A stretch of DNA of 64,000 nt from Caecitellus pseudoparvulus. Taxonomy: Eukaryota; Protista; Bigyra: Bicosoecida. The DNA lies in contig CBFFRQ010000078.1 of NCBI GenBank assembly GCA_965644315.1, forward strand, positions 62,001 through 126,000, given 5' to 3'. Under the pieces are notes generated by a model, which had not been told where the DNA came from, made no database searches, and saw nothing but the letters and a program-made list of their open reading frames with translations. Positions 21,301 through 34,508 of this stretch are shown in pieces; position 1 is the stretch's first letter; each line of letters starts with the position of its first letter. The translations under genes and the position numbers were made by a program.

Positions 21301-24300
21301 TTCCCTGGCCGCCTCCAGCCAATCCGCCGCCGAGCTGAGCGCCTCCATGGCTCACCACCAGGCCCGCGTCGCTGACCTGCGCTCACAAGTGCAGCGCAAG
21401 CGAGGCGCCCTGGCGGCGGTGCGTCGGCAGGTGTCGCAAGCTGAGAACAAGGTGGCCCTGCGACAGGAAGCGGCAGAGCTTGAGGGGGAGCTTGCCGAGC
21501 TGGATGTCCAACTTGCAACCGAACACAGCACGCTGGAATCCCTGTCCAGGCAGCTGCAGGAATCGGCACAGGGGGGACCAGTCGGCGCCCCCTCTCCGCC
21601 CCCCTCTCCGCCACACAGCCCTGCATCCTCCTCAGGAACTGAGGGTGTCCCTGAGGACAGCTTCCCGGAGTCACTGCCCGAGTCACTGCCGCCAACCGGC
21701 GAGGCTGAGGACAGCGGGCACCTGCTGGCAGCTGCGACAGGTCTGGGGAGCAGTGCCAGCTCCACGTCGGGCGTGTCCCCGCGCGCAGGAGACGTGGAGT
21801 CTTCTGTGGATGATTTGACCGAATCTCAGGACCGCATCGTGTTGGCGCCATCACCCATGCATCAGGTGGACATCACCCCAGCCAACGTCACTCTCCGTGC
21901 TCAAGTGTTCACACAAGCAGGCCCGCTGAACCTTGGCCGCTCCTCCCAGGCTTGCATTCTGCACGAAGCAGACTCGGCGCCGACTGTCTTCTTTCCGTGG
22001 GCCGACGTGGCTGTGCGGCACTTGCACCCCATCCCAGACCCCGACGGATCACAGTACTCACCGTACTTGGGCATGTTCAGGTGGTTTGCCCTCGCAGACG
22101 GAACCCCTGTTGTGCGTGTCCTGCCCGAACCACACGAAGCTGCAGCAAGCCTCGCAGGCATGGCTGGGTTCGACCCCCAGCTGGTAGCAATGGTGGACGT
22201 CTCGTCTGAGGCTGCAGCTGCCACAGCTCACTCAGCTGCGACTGGGGCGGCTGTTGATGCCTTGCTGGATTCCATGCTCACCTCAGCTGTGCAGGAAGCC
22301 ATGTTGTTGCACAAGAGAGCTGAGGCTGAGCGCATCGCAGCAGAGAAGGCTGAGGCTGAGCGCATCGCTGCGGAAAAGGCTGAGGCTGAGCGTATCGCCG
22401 CGGAGAAGGCTGAGGCTGAGCGTATCGCTGCGGAAAAGGCTGAGGCTGAGCGCATCGCCGCTGAGAAGGCCGAGGCCGAGCGCATCGCCGCTGAGAAGGC
22501 TGAGGCCGAGCGCATCGCTGCTGAGAAGGCTGAGGCTGAGCGCATCGCCGCTGAGAAGGCTGAGGCTGAGAGGGCTGAAGCTGAGCGCATCGCTGCTGAG
22601 AAGGCTGAAGCTGAGCGCATCGCTGCTGAGAAGGCTGAGGCTGAGCGCATCGCTGCTGAGAAGGCTGAGGCTGAGCGCATCGCTGCGGAAAAGGCTGAGG
22701 CTGAGCGCATCGCTACGGAAAAGGCTGAGGCTGAGCGCATCGCTGCTGAGAAGGCTGAAGCTGAGCGCATCGCTGCGGAGAAGGCTGAAGCTGAGCGCAT
22801 CGCCGCTGAGAAGGCTGAGGCTGAGAAGGCTGAGGCTGAGCGCATCGCCGCTGAGAAGGCTGAGGCTGAGAGGGCTGAAGCTGAGCGCATCGCTGCTGAG
22901 AAGGCTGAAGCTGAGCGCATCGCCGCGGAGAAGGCTGAGGCCGAGCGCATCGCTGCTGAGAAGGCTGAAGCTGAGAAGGCTGAAGCTGAGCGCATCGCTG
23001 CTGAGAAGGCTGAGGCTGAGAAGGCTGAAGCTGAGCGCATCGCTGCTGAGAAGGCTGAAGCTGAGCGCATCGCCGCGGAGAAGGCTGAGGCTGAGAAGGC
23101 TGCACGCAACGTTGCCTCAACGCGCACTGGTGCGGCGGTGGATGCTCTTGTATCGGGACTCGTGGAAGAAGTCATGAGTGCAACTGTTTCGGCAGCGATG
23201 CAACCAGAAATGACCCCACGCATCAACACGTCTTTGGTTCCGGAAGCAGCCGACGCTGAGGCAGAGGGCGGAGATTTCTGGACGCCAACCAACAGTGAAG
23301 GAAGCAGCGGGGGCACATCGGCCACCATCACCTCCCCCGTGCATTTGCAGTCACCAAAGATGCTTGGCGCGCAAAGTCCCACTGTGGTCGTGACCCCCAC
23401 ATACCAAGACCCGGCCGATGACATCTCACAACGCCTGCTTGATGCGGAGGTGGAGGCAGTTGCGCACGATGTGCTGTCCACACGCCGTGCCAAGCACGCC
23501 TTCAAGGAAACCACCACCAACCAGGAAAGTGGCGACGCAGCTGCTCCAGCTCTGCCTCCGACTAAGCTGCACGTGGACACGGCAGCGCCTGATCGAGCTA
23601 GTGGCAGCCCGCTGCACTCCCCTTCCAGCACCACCAGCAGCCACGGCCACTCCCCTCGTGGCTCGGAAGTGGAAGGCTACGTGTCGCCAGCCACCGCAGC
23701 CGCTGCTCGGAAGAATCCCATGTCGCTGTACATCAGCGGCAACTTGTCCCCTGCCAGCCCAGAGCACCACGCCCTGTCCCCCAGTGGCGACGACGCGTAT
23801 GTGGATGACTCTTTCGAGCTGGAGGCTTCCGGGGGCGAGGGGGACGTCAGCTATGACTTTGAAGACCTGCATGCAACCCTGGAGAGCACTGCCCCTGTGG
23901 ACCTGTCAGCCACATTGAAAGACAAGCCGAAAGGCTCAGGTGCACTGCCGCCTCTGAAGGGAGTGCCTGCCAGCCTTGGGCGGGACACCACCCCTGGCTC
24001 ACAGCACGGTGCTGGCGACAGCCAGGCAGACAATCCGTTCGTACGGGCAGCTGACCGCCAAGCAAGCCTGGCGGCGGACTGGAAGGGTGCCACCCACGCA
24101 TATGTGGCGGAGGTGTGCCAGCACCTGCAGGAGTCCACCGAGGCTGCGGCAGCGGGGCTTGATGTGTCGACCTCCAGCGCCGCGTCCACTGCTCCCGTGC
24201 TGCAGGAGGCCGGCGCGAGCTGGGCGCGAAGTGTTATGGCATGGCGCCCAGGAACGCCCCGCCCTGCCTCAGGGCCAGGCGAAGGGCCGCTGCCGCTGGA

Positions 24301-24880
24301 TGTGTTCCTGTTCTTGGAGCAAGGGCGGACCCTGGATGCGCAGAGCCGAGGGGAAGACGTGGCTGCATTGGAGCCCACACAAGTGCGGCACAAGCTGTTG
24401 TTCGACGTGGCGAACGAGTGGCTGGCTGAGGAGGCCAGCATGTCCCAGCTCCGGCGACACCTCGCCACTCGCGGCATCATGCCACATCGCCAGTATGCTG
24501 CGGCGGACGCCGCCAGCGCGACTTGGGAGTGGGTCGCTGGCTGTGCACCACAGCTGCAGGAGCACCTGGGGGCCACGGCCAGCTCATGTGCAGTGCGAGC
24601 ACCTGCATTCGTGCCGCAAGATGACCCACTGAAGACGTACGCCAAGCATGGGTGGGTGGGGCCGCCGCTGTCAGGCCGGGCGGCTCATCTGCGAGCAGCC
24701 GCCACAGCACGGCGCGAGGCTGTGAAGGCTGACACTCCGCTGAAGGCTGGCAGCTTTGCTGCCGTGGAAGGCTGCCACATGTTGTCGTACAACATCGCAG
24801 AGGCGGTCTTTGCTGCTCTCGTGGATGAAGCAGTCGCCGATGTGGCAAAAGCGGAGCTGCGCAAGGCAGGGACTGCCTAG
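15354..24880 (+). CDS. Giant (about 3100 aa) CEP350-like centriolar scaffold with low-complexity regions, DUF427-like insert, charged helical repeat and DUF4378-like C-terminus
   Basis: 9.2-kb open frame. Probable first exon 15354-15464 joined in phase 0 by intron 15465-15679 (GTGCGT..CTGAC..TTTGCAG). [39 protein letters not shown] resembles the conserved CEP350 central motif, and [29 protein letters not shown] resembles DUF4378. Confidence 0.65.
19541..20710 (+). repeat. Dispersed direct repeat of about 147 bp within CDS (copies at 19541-19687 and 20564-20710)
   Basis: Both copies encode [19 protein letters not shown](D/E)[14 protein letters not shown](G/D)[12 protein letters not shown] with only a few nucleotide differences. 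A partial third copy ([14 protein letters not shown]) lies near 20753-20795. Confidence 0.95.
22319..23101 (+). repeat. Coding tandem repeat with 30-nt unit ([10 protein letters not shown]) and interspersed 15-nt half-units
   Basis: GCTGAGGCTGAGCGCATCGCTGCTGAGAAG repeats over about 780 nt. Variation is almost all synonymous. Confidence 0.97.
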
Positions 24881-24958
24881 GCTGCAGCAGCTTTCGGCAA
24901 TGCACTTCTGTTCGCGAGCTTGAACCTGCACCTGCCGCCTTGAGGCAGGCATACACAT

Positions 24959-27398
24959 CTACTTCAGCCTGGCCCGCAGATATGGGTGTGCGGAAATGGC
25001 GGCAACGTCAGGGCGCATCACTTGGCTTTTTGTGAGGCAAGCCCGGATGAACTCTTGGCACTCGGGTGACACGGCCGGCTTGTCAGGGAAGGACACTGCG
25101 GGTGCCTTGGAGATGAGGGACTGGGCCGCGACAACTTCCTGACTCTGCCCCTCTCCGAAGGGGCGCCGGCCAAACAGCATCTGGTAGAAAATCACTCCGA
25201 CGCTCCACACGTCCACCTTGTCTGAGATGCGGGCGCCCTTGGAGGCAAAGCACTCGGGTGGCAAGTAGTAGTACGTGCCAGCACCTTGCGAAGTCAGCTC
25301 CATGCTGGTGAGCTCTGGGTTCACGTCCATGACCTTGCTCAGGCCAAAGTCTGTGACTTTCACCACCTTGTTTTCGTCAAACAGGATGTTGGCTGGCTTC
25401 AGGTCGTAGTGAATGACCCGCCGGCCAGAAGGCGGCTTGGCCTCGCCCGCTGCACCTGCCTGGCCCCCTTCCAGCCCATTGAAGTACCGCAGCGCAGCGA
25501 GCACTTGCAAGACGATGCCACGGGCCTCCCGCTCTGGCAACGTGGCCTGTCCCTTCAACAAGTGGTCCAGGTCGTTACCAGGGCAAAACTCCAGCACTGT
25601 CGCAAAGGAATCCTCGTGGATCTCGAACACGTCGAACAAACGCACAACGTTGGGGTGGTCCATGGCCTTGTGGATGTTGTACTCCCGAGTCGCGTGCTTG
25701 ATGTAGCTGGCTTTCCGGCTCTGACTCCAGGCCGAGTTCAGCTGGTGCACCTTCACAGCCACCTCCACACACCGCGTCACATCCAGCGCCAACCACACCT
25801 CTGAGAAGCCCCCCTTGCCCAAGAGTTGAAGCAGCTGGTACTTGTCGTTTAGCAGAGGCCGGTGCGCAAACGACGAGACATCCTCATCCCGCACACGCCG
25901 CAACTCATGCACGAGCAGCTTTTTCGCCGAGTCCAGAGTGGCCACGCGCTCCTGCACGGTGGCCAGCTCCCGACGCAACGCTGACAACTGCATGCGGATG
26001 GAGTCGTCAGCTGCCACGACTTCGAGTTCACTGAGGATTTCGGGCGTCAGAGCTGGCGGGCGCCCAGGCACCCGCGCAGCAGGCGGTCGCATGCTGGGCG
26101 AATCCGCCCCGCCAGCATCGCCTCCGACAGCTGCGTGCTTGTTGCGGCGCGAGCGAGCCTTCCGCTGCTCCTTCTGCAGGGCATCCACCCTTGCCTTCAG
26201 GCGTTTTTCGCGGTCCAGGAGCTCCAGCACCTCTGCCCCGTTCTTCCACGCCTCGCCGACGTCTGCAGCTGTTCGGTGCACGACAATGCTGCCCAGGCGG
26301 TGCTGCTCGTCCGTCAGGTGGCGCCTGTGTGCGGTCACCACCTTTTCATTCAGTCTACGTGTGAACTTTGCCATGCGGTGGCCCACTCGGCGCAGCTCTG
26401 CCGCGCGCTGCTCCTTGTTCGTTCGAAGCTCCAGACGCAGCGCAGCTACCTCCTCAGCTTGCCGCTGCGTCTCTTCTGTCAACTCTCTCATGCGTTTGGC
26501 ATGCCATGCCACGTCATCCAATGCTTGCTTTAGAGCAGGGCTGGTGTGTGTGCTGCTAGGCTGCGGCGGGGCTGCATGTGAGGGGGCAGAGGAAGCCCCT
26601 GCTCCGTTCGACTGCGGCAGCGGGTCAGGGACAGACACCGGCGCGTGCAGAACACGGGCAGAGAGCCCTGTGGAGCCAGAGGGCGGCAGAGACGCCACAG
26701 ATGTCGCACTTGCATGTTGCACGAGGGCTGGCTTGCCAGCCACAGCCTTCGCCCGCGCACTGTGGGCGAAGTACGATGTGAGAGAGTTTGCCTGTGGGGG
26801 TGCAGCAGCTGCAGCTGAGGACGCATCTGGGCTGGATCGACTGGTCCGCGAGTGCTGAGAGGTAGAGCCTGCGCCGCTGCCAAGTGGGCGTGCTCGCTTG
26901 GCACCTGAGGATGGGGAGGGGCCGCTGCCCGCCGCGGTGGAGGAGGGCGGAGTGGACTTGCGCCGAGTGGGGACAGACTTGCGAGGGCGCTTTCGGGAGC
27001 TACCACTGCCTGGCGCAGGCGTGGGCGTGCCGGAGGCAACTGGAGATGGAGCCTGTAAAGGGATGGCAATGAAATCAGCGTGCCCTGCAGCACCCTGTCG
27101 CAAGGCGTGAGGTTTTGGGGTCACCTACACCAGCACCAGGCAATGAGCTTCGAGATGTCTCAGCCGCCACAGCCGCAACGAAAGCATCCCGACTGTGCAG
27201 CTGTGAATCATCGCCTTGAGAAAACCCTGTCGTGATCACAGCTTCGGGCCCCTGTGCCGAAACGTCGTGCATGGAGCGTGGTGCCCCGCACATGCACTCG
27301 TGCGTGCCAGCGGAACTTGGACTCACGCCGTCCACGATTCCATCCCGGCTGCCAGTCATGCGCGCCTCCAGCCGCCGCAGAGTGTCCTCATTCGCCAT
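24959..27398 (-). CDS. TLK: Tousled-like serine/threonine kinase
   Basis: MANEDTLRRLEARM N-terminus. Probable introns 27252-27326 and 27053-27128. Coiled coil with RLGSIVVHR..EAWKNG and ELRRVRDED, then kinase motifs LLGKGGFSEVW, VAVKVHQLNSAW, YIKHATREYNIHK, HYDLKPANIL, TDFGLSK and ELTSQGAGTYYYLPPECF. Confidence 0.95.
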
Positions 27399-27947
27399 GC
27401 CTTTCTGTGCTGCAGCAGTCAGTCGAACGTTTGGCGGTCCAGGATGCAGTAGCCAAGAGCCGGGGCGCCTCCAATTCCCCGCGCGGCAAGTGCTTTTGAG
27501 GGGTGCTGGAATTGCAGCCCTGCAGGGGAAGAGCGGCAGACTGCGCTGAAAACTGCAAAGGAACCAAGCCACACTTTAAGGTGGCAGAAAGTGGTCACAG
27601 GGGTTCCAAAGAGTTCCCAGACTTGGACGAATTGTCAATCCTTGGGTCCTCTACCACACCCGTCAAGACAACGGCACGGCAAGCGACGGCATGGAGGATT
27701 GAGTCCCGGGAGAGGATCTTTTCCTCCGTGAGTCCGTGCAGCTCGAAGATTGCTAACAAATTGTCACAAACGATACTCTTAGCACACACCCAAGCGCCCC
27801 CTTCCAACGTTGCTCAGCCCTCGACCAGTTCAGCTTCCCCAGCGTGCACACCTGCCCGGGACAGCAACCAGCAGCAGGTGCCAGCAGCGCCAGCGCCACA
27901 CACAAAGCCGAGTCCGTGCGCGGTTCAGACGGAGAGTCAACGGAGCC

Positions 27948-28852
<905 letters not shown>

Positions 28853-29100
28853 GGCGTGTTGCGTGGACAGTGGCGGGCCTGTGAGTGCAGGGGTGAGGGT
28901 GCACCGTGGGGTGTGGGCTGTGCGGAGCCTGGCAGTGTGAGCGGTCGCCCACATCACACAATGGCCCGACCCCGGTGTTGCAGTGGGGTGTGTGGGTCAG
29001 GGCACACGGTGCTGTGCGTGAATGCATGCGGGGTTGGCTGTGCCTTGGTTCCTGCGCAAGAGTGCCTCAAACGCGCAGGCAGTTGAGTACTGCGCCTGCC

Positions 29101-31301
29101 ATGGCTGCTGCAAAGGCTAGCCGTGGCACCAAGCGCGGCAGAACAGAGACGATTCAGTTCAAAAGCCCCGCTGAGTTCTTCGCTGAGAACCAGAACATCG
29201 CAGGCTTCGACAATGTTTGTGTGGCGTTTCGCCGCCTGTGTGAAACGCTGAGCAAAGCCTTTTCCCTCCCCCTGCGCAGCCCGGCAAAGCGCTGTACACG
29301 ACGATTCGCGAGCTCGTAGAAAACGCTCTTGATGTGTGTGCTCTGTGGCGCTGCTCCCCGCATCAGGATAGCTTGCATGCTGCACACGCTTTTGAGCTTT
29401 CTCCTGGCGCAGGCAGCAGAGAGCATCCACAGACTTCCAGACATCTCCGTGACAGTGTGCGAGCAGCAAGTACCGTCTGTGTACCTCCTGCACTGTCGCA
29501 CTTCCATCGCCTTGCGTCCTTTGACAGAGAGGAGCTGACGCCTGCTCAACTGGATGAGCTGCGTGCGCACGGGGGGCGAGTGGGCGACACGCTCACAGGC
29601 TCTGTAGCGTCTGCGGGCAAGAAGCGCAAAGGGGAGGCAGAAGGCGGGGAAAGTGGGACAGGTGCAAGCTCCTCCTCCAGCATGATGTTCTACCGCATCA
29701 CCTGCCGCGACAACGGTTGCGGCATGCCTCACGACAAGGTCCCCTTCATGCTGGGCAGAGTGCTGACTGGCAGCAAGTACGGTCTGCGGCAGACGAGGGG
29801 GAAGTTCGGGCTGGGAGCCAAGATGGCCCTCATATGGAGCCGCAAGTCCACCGGCCTGCCCATTGCGGTGACAACGGCACACACGCCGACAGCTGCAGCA
29901 GGGCGCAAGGGCGCGCCGGCCAGTGTGACCCGGTGCGTCCTGGACATCGACGTGCACAAGAATGAGCCCCGTGTGCGGGAACACGTGCTGAACAAGAACA
30001 GTGGTCAGTGGAAGGGCACTGAAATGACCGTTGTTATCGGCGGTGCTTGGTCTGCCTACCGCCGGCGAGTGCTGCAGTACCTGCAACAGCTGGCAGTGAT
30101 CACCCCCTACGCACAGCTAGCCCTCGCCTTCGCCTGTCCCGCCCACCCAGACAAGAGCTTTTCATACACGTGGCGGCGGCGCAGCGCCCAGTTGCCGCCT
30201 CCAGCCGGCGAAGTCAAACATCACCCCGCAAGCGTCGACCAGTTGCTGGTTCGGCAGTTGCTGCACCAGAAGCCTGATGTGTCCCTGGTCACCTTTCTGA
30301 CGACGCAGTTTCAGTGCGTTTCACGCGCAGCAGCCGCCACCCTCGTGGATGCCTGCCGCGCGCAGGCTGTGGAGCGGGCTGGAGACCTCACCCCAGACCA
30401 GGTGCACGCTCTTGTACGGGCCATGGGGCGCACCACCTTCCCTCCGCCAGACGGCACCTGCCTGTCCCCTGCGGGCGAGTACAACCTGCGCCTGGGCATT
30501 TTAAAGGAGTTGGCGCCGGACTTTCTCGCGACGCACGCAGCGCCGGTGAGCGTGTTTGAAGGGCACCCGTTCATCGTCGAGGCAGGGGTAGCCATGGGGG
30601 GCCGCACGGCAGCGGAAGGCATCACGGTGCACCGCTTTGCCAACCGCATCCCACTGCTGTTCGAGGGGGGCGGCGACGTCGCCACACGCACAGCGCTGCA
30701 GCGCATCCCCTGGGCCACCTACAAGATCGACCCCAAGCGCGACCGCATCGGTGTGTTCGTGTCCATTGTGTCCACGAAGATTCCCTTCAAGGGGACGGGG
30801 AAGGAGTACGTCGGCGATGACATCACGCCCATGCAGGTGGCTGTGCGCAGCGCCTTGGTGGCCTGCTGCAAGCAGCTGCGTGGCAAGCTGCAGCTCAGGC
30901 GAGCGGCGAAGGAGCGTCGTGACCGGGCGAAAACGCTCACCAAGTACATCCCCTCCGTAGCCAGCAGCGTCATTGGCGTGCTCAGCGCAGCCGCCGCTGC
31001 AGCATCTCCAGCCAGTGCTGAAGCCACCACTCACTCTGCCATGCTGGCGTCACTGGCACAGGGGAAGCTTACGCAGGACGCGCTGCAGCAACGCTTGCAT
31101 GAAGCTGTGCAGGCCTCTGAGGTCTGGGCAGCGCTCGAGCAGGCGACGGACGGAGACGGGCAGGAGCCTGGCGCTGCTGTGGGCCTCCCCCTGCACATTG
31201 CACCCCTGCGCTTGGAGGACAAGCGCTCCGGGACGCACCTGGTGCACCCCGAGAGTGGCCTGGCACTGCGGTTGGCACCAGGGGTGCTGCAGCAGTCCTG
31301 A
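29101..31301 (+). CDS. TOP6B: DNA topoisomerase VI subunit B (3 introns)
   Basis: Introns 29215-29279, 29334-29412 and 29457-29527. Motifs [39 protein letters not shown], GHKL boxes DNGCGM, QTRGKFGLG and GTE, and transducer RFANRIPLL and KIPFKGTGKEY. Confidence 0.95.
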
Positions 31302-31543
31302 GAGGGCTTCAGTCCGCTGTGCGGGCGAGTGTCCAGCACCCACAGGCTGACTCGCGGCTGCAAAACTCGGGCCGCGACAATGCATTCTGGGGGTGGGAGG
31401 TGGCAGAGGCTTCGGCTGTGTTGGTGGCAAGTTGGAGCATCGCAAGCTCTCGTGCAACTTGCCCGCCCCATCCCACCACCACTCCCACGGCCGGTGCACA
31501 CAAGCCCTGCACTTGCACGGGGCACGCAGCGGCTGCCCAGCGC

Positions 31544-32280
31544 TCACTCTCCGTAGTGGGGGCGGCTCCGGCACAAGCGGACATGGTGCATCTCAGGCAG
31601 CTTCGGAACGAGGGTGACCACCAGCACGATGACGTTCAAGGCGGTCTCCCACGAGGCGTCGTAGCCAGCGTAGTTCATGGTCACGATGAACCTGCGGGGT
31701 CACAAGTGCATGGTGCAGAGGTGGCCCTGGTACCTGGGCCAGCGCCACTCACAGCAAGATGGGCACGACGAAGAGCACTTTGCGTGCGTCGGTCCATGGG
31801 ATGGAGTTATCGATCTGCTCCCACACCGTGTCGTGGATGAAATCACCTTGGTCACTCCAGATTGGCGACCCGTACGCCATGTGCAGGGCGAAGAAGCTAA
31901 CCTGCACACACAGCAGAGGGAAGAGTGAGCCAGTCTGCCCATGGCCAGCAGTGGGCGGCAGCCCTCACGCACCAGGCCGTGCAGGAAGTGTGTGATGGTC
32001 CACTGCATGCTCGTGTCAACGATTGCGTGGGGTGTGAAAACGTACACCGCCCAGCGGGCCTGTGCCGCGTGGCAGGGCGTGAAGGTGAAGCAGGAGGCGG
32101 CCGTGGTGGTGCAGTGCACCAAGCGGCGCCGCACACAGTGCTGCGACGCACGATGCCGATGCAGGCGATGTAGAACGCCCAGGAGTATGGGTTAGCCAGC
32201 CACGAGACGTTCAAGTTGGTTTGGACCTTGCTGATGAGCTTGGCAGCCGTGCTGGAGCTGGTGGGCACTGCTGCCTCCAT
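31544..32280 (-). CDS. ORMDL: ORM1/ORMDL-family sphingolipid synthesis regulator (3 introns)
   Basis: Introns 32060-32151, 31902-31972 and 31692-31752. Spliced motifs NLNVSW, WTITHFLH, GSPIWSDQG, TVWEQID, ARKVLFVVPILLF and VPKLPEMHHVRL. Confidence 0.9.
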
Positions 32281-32486
32281 GGCGAGTGGTGGTGCAGCGT
32301 TTGCCGTGCCTGGGACTGTGCCGCAGTTGGCGCGGTATCAAAGCAAGCGGCCGAGGAAATGTTCAAGCAGCTCGCTAGCTGTTTCAGTCACCGGGGTGTG
32401 TGCATGGTGGGCGGTGCTCGATGAATTGGCAAGCACGTGACAGTGTCGACTCTGAGCGACTGTGCATTGCGCGCTGTGCAGCCTGC

Positions 32487-33924
32487 TTAGACAGAGCCAG
32501 CGACGACCTGGGACTCAATGCCGCACTCATCAGTGCCGCGGGCAATCTTGAAGTAGCCGTTGTCACCCCAGTTCTGCGGGGAGCGCGAAGAGGGGCGCGT
32601 GTGTGGAGCTTGCAGGGGCTGCCCCATGCCAGCAGCGCGACACGCACGGTGTTCCAGGAGTTCTCAACGAGCCAGTATGCCTGGCCGTTCTCGACACCCC
32701 AGCCCTGAATCTTCACAGCATGGCCGCCGAGGTAGCCGCCAGTTTGGTGGGTGTACACGCCTGCGAGGGACGACAAGGAGGCACGTGGCGTCGGGTGACA
32801 CGAAGCAGCACCTCAACAGCTGCAGGTGCACGCACCAGACTTGTAGGTGAGGAAGTCCTCATACACGGAGAAGGCGGCGGTGACAGAGCCCTCCTTGAAG
32901 AGGCTCTCCTGGATCTGCTGCACGCTGGGCAGGGAGTAAGAGGACTTGGCATAGTGCTTGTCCTGGCTCCAGGCAGTGTGGTAGGCGGCGTTCGTGCAGG
33001 CCTTGGGGTTGGGGCAGGCGGGGGTGGAGCCTCCCTCCGTGCAGGGGGGGTAGGGGCCGCCCTCGTGGTGGTCGCAGTTGGGGATCTCGTAGGGGAAGCA
33101 GCCCTCCTTGGAGTCGTAGTCGCCGCCCGTCACGACGCCCGTCTGCACAAAGTAAGACCACGCCTCAGCGGGGATGCCGCCGTTGCAGCCCTGGGACCCG
33201 AAGCAGCCCCCGAAGAGGTTGCAGCAGGATGCCGTGTCCTGGGCAGACAGCTCCACAGTCACGTTGTGGGCGATGCACAGGCGGTCGTTGAGGGCCTCGG
33301 TGGAGCCGAACGCCCAGCAGCTGCCACAGCTGGCCTGGTCCCGGACGTGGCCGATGACGCTGGCGCAGGCGGGCCAGGCCTTGGCGGCGTCAAACTGAGC
33401 CCAGGCAGCAGCGAGGTGTGGCTGGTACGAGACAGGCGTGGCGCGGTGGGCGAGGCAGCCTCACCTCTGCGGGCAAGTCAATGTTGGAGGCGGCAGGGGC
33501 AGCATCCAACTTGGCCATGGCAGCCTCGTACTTGTCGCCCTTGGTGTAGGTGCCCATCAGGTGCACTGCGTGCAGGAGACGAGGAAGTGCAGTGCACTTC
33601 ACTCTGCCCCAGCGCAAGCGCAGCGCTCGCGGCACGTACGGACGTCCTTGATCTTGGCACCAGCGAAACGCTCGTTAATGCCAGCGGTCCAGCCGACATT
33701 CTTCTTGTTGATCATGTCGATCATGCCCTGCGGTCAGCAGTGAAGGTGCAAAAGTGACGCGCACGGAAACGTCCACCAGCAAGGCGGCAAGCTCGCAGGC
33801 GCCCTGAGGGCCAACTGGCGCACCGCCAGTACAGGCCACGCACCAGCTTGTGGACATCCGAGTGGACGTTCACAGCATAGGCCGTGGTGGCAGCCAGTGC
33901 CAGCATCAGCGCGACGGAGCGCAT
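32487..33924 (-). CDS. CTSB: Cathepsin B-like papain-family cysteine protease (5 introns)
   Basis: Signal peptide. Introns 33728-33843, 33566-33639, 33395-33464, 32761-32835 and 32574-32647. Catalytic motifs [23 protein letters not shown] and ENSWN, GCNGG, and occluding loop CDHH. Confidence 0.95.
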
Positions 33925-34508
33925 CTCTGGCAGGTGAGCGTGGCGGGGCAGCAATCAGACAACGACCAGCTGAAGGCAAGCAACTGGAGCATCATGAGGT
34001 TCTAGTGCGGTTGGTGTAATTTGTCCAGTGCGGAAACGTGGCTGCATTGTGCCTCGCATCGCCCGGAGGGGGGGGCGCTTGGGCACACACCCCTCCTCTC
34101 CGTCGTCTTGATCTGTGTCCGCTCACGCTCCGTCCTCGTCTCCAGCCTCACACAAGCTGCCCAGGGCTTGCCCGCCGCGCACACGCCACCCAAGGCACCC
34201 TACATGCAGAGACAGACAGCTGCCTACGTACAAGGCGGCATGTGTGTCGTCTGTTCCCACTCTTGCCGCTGCACCTTTCTGGGGTGTGCAGCGAAGCGGC
34301 TGGGCTGTGTGCAAACCACTGCCGCGGCCCGGCCAGTACCAATCGCCACTCTGCCACAAACAAAACCCAAAGAGAACACCCAAACTCACATTTGCAGTGT
34401 TTGGGCTCGGCTCTTGTGGCACCAGGCGCCACCTCTTCGCTTGCCCGCCCCGTTTCGTCGAGGCAGGCGGGCTTGCCGCTCCAGCCGCTTGCCGCTCCTG
34501 GGTGGAAG

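Noticed and set aside
22228-23634. Antisense [10 protein letters not shown] repeat ORF and the alternative-frame [12 protein letters not shown]
   Set aside because: These are shadows of the [10 protein letters not shown] repeat. Variation among copies is synonymous in the sense frame.
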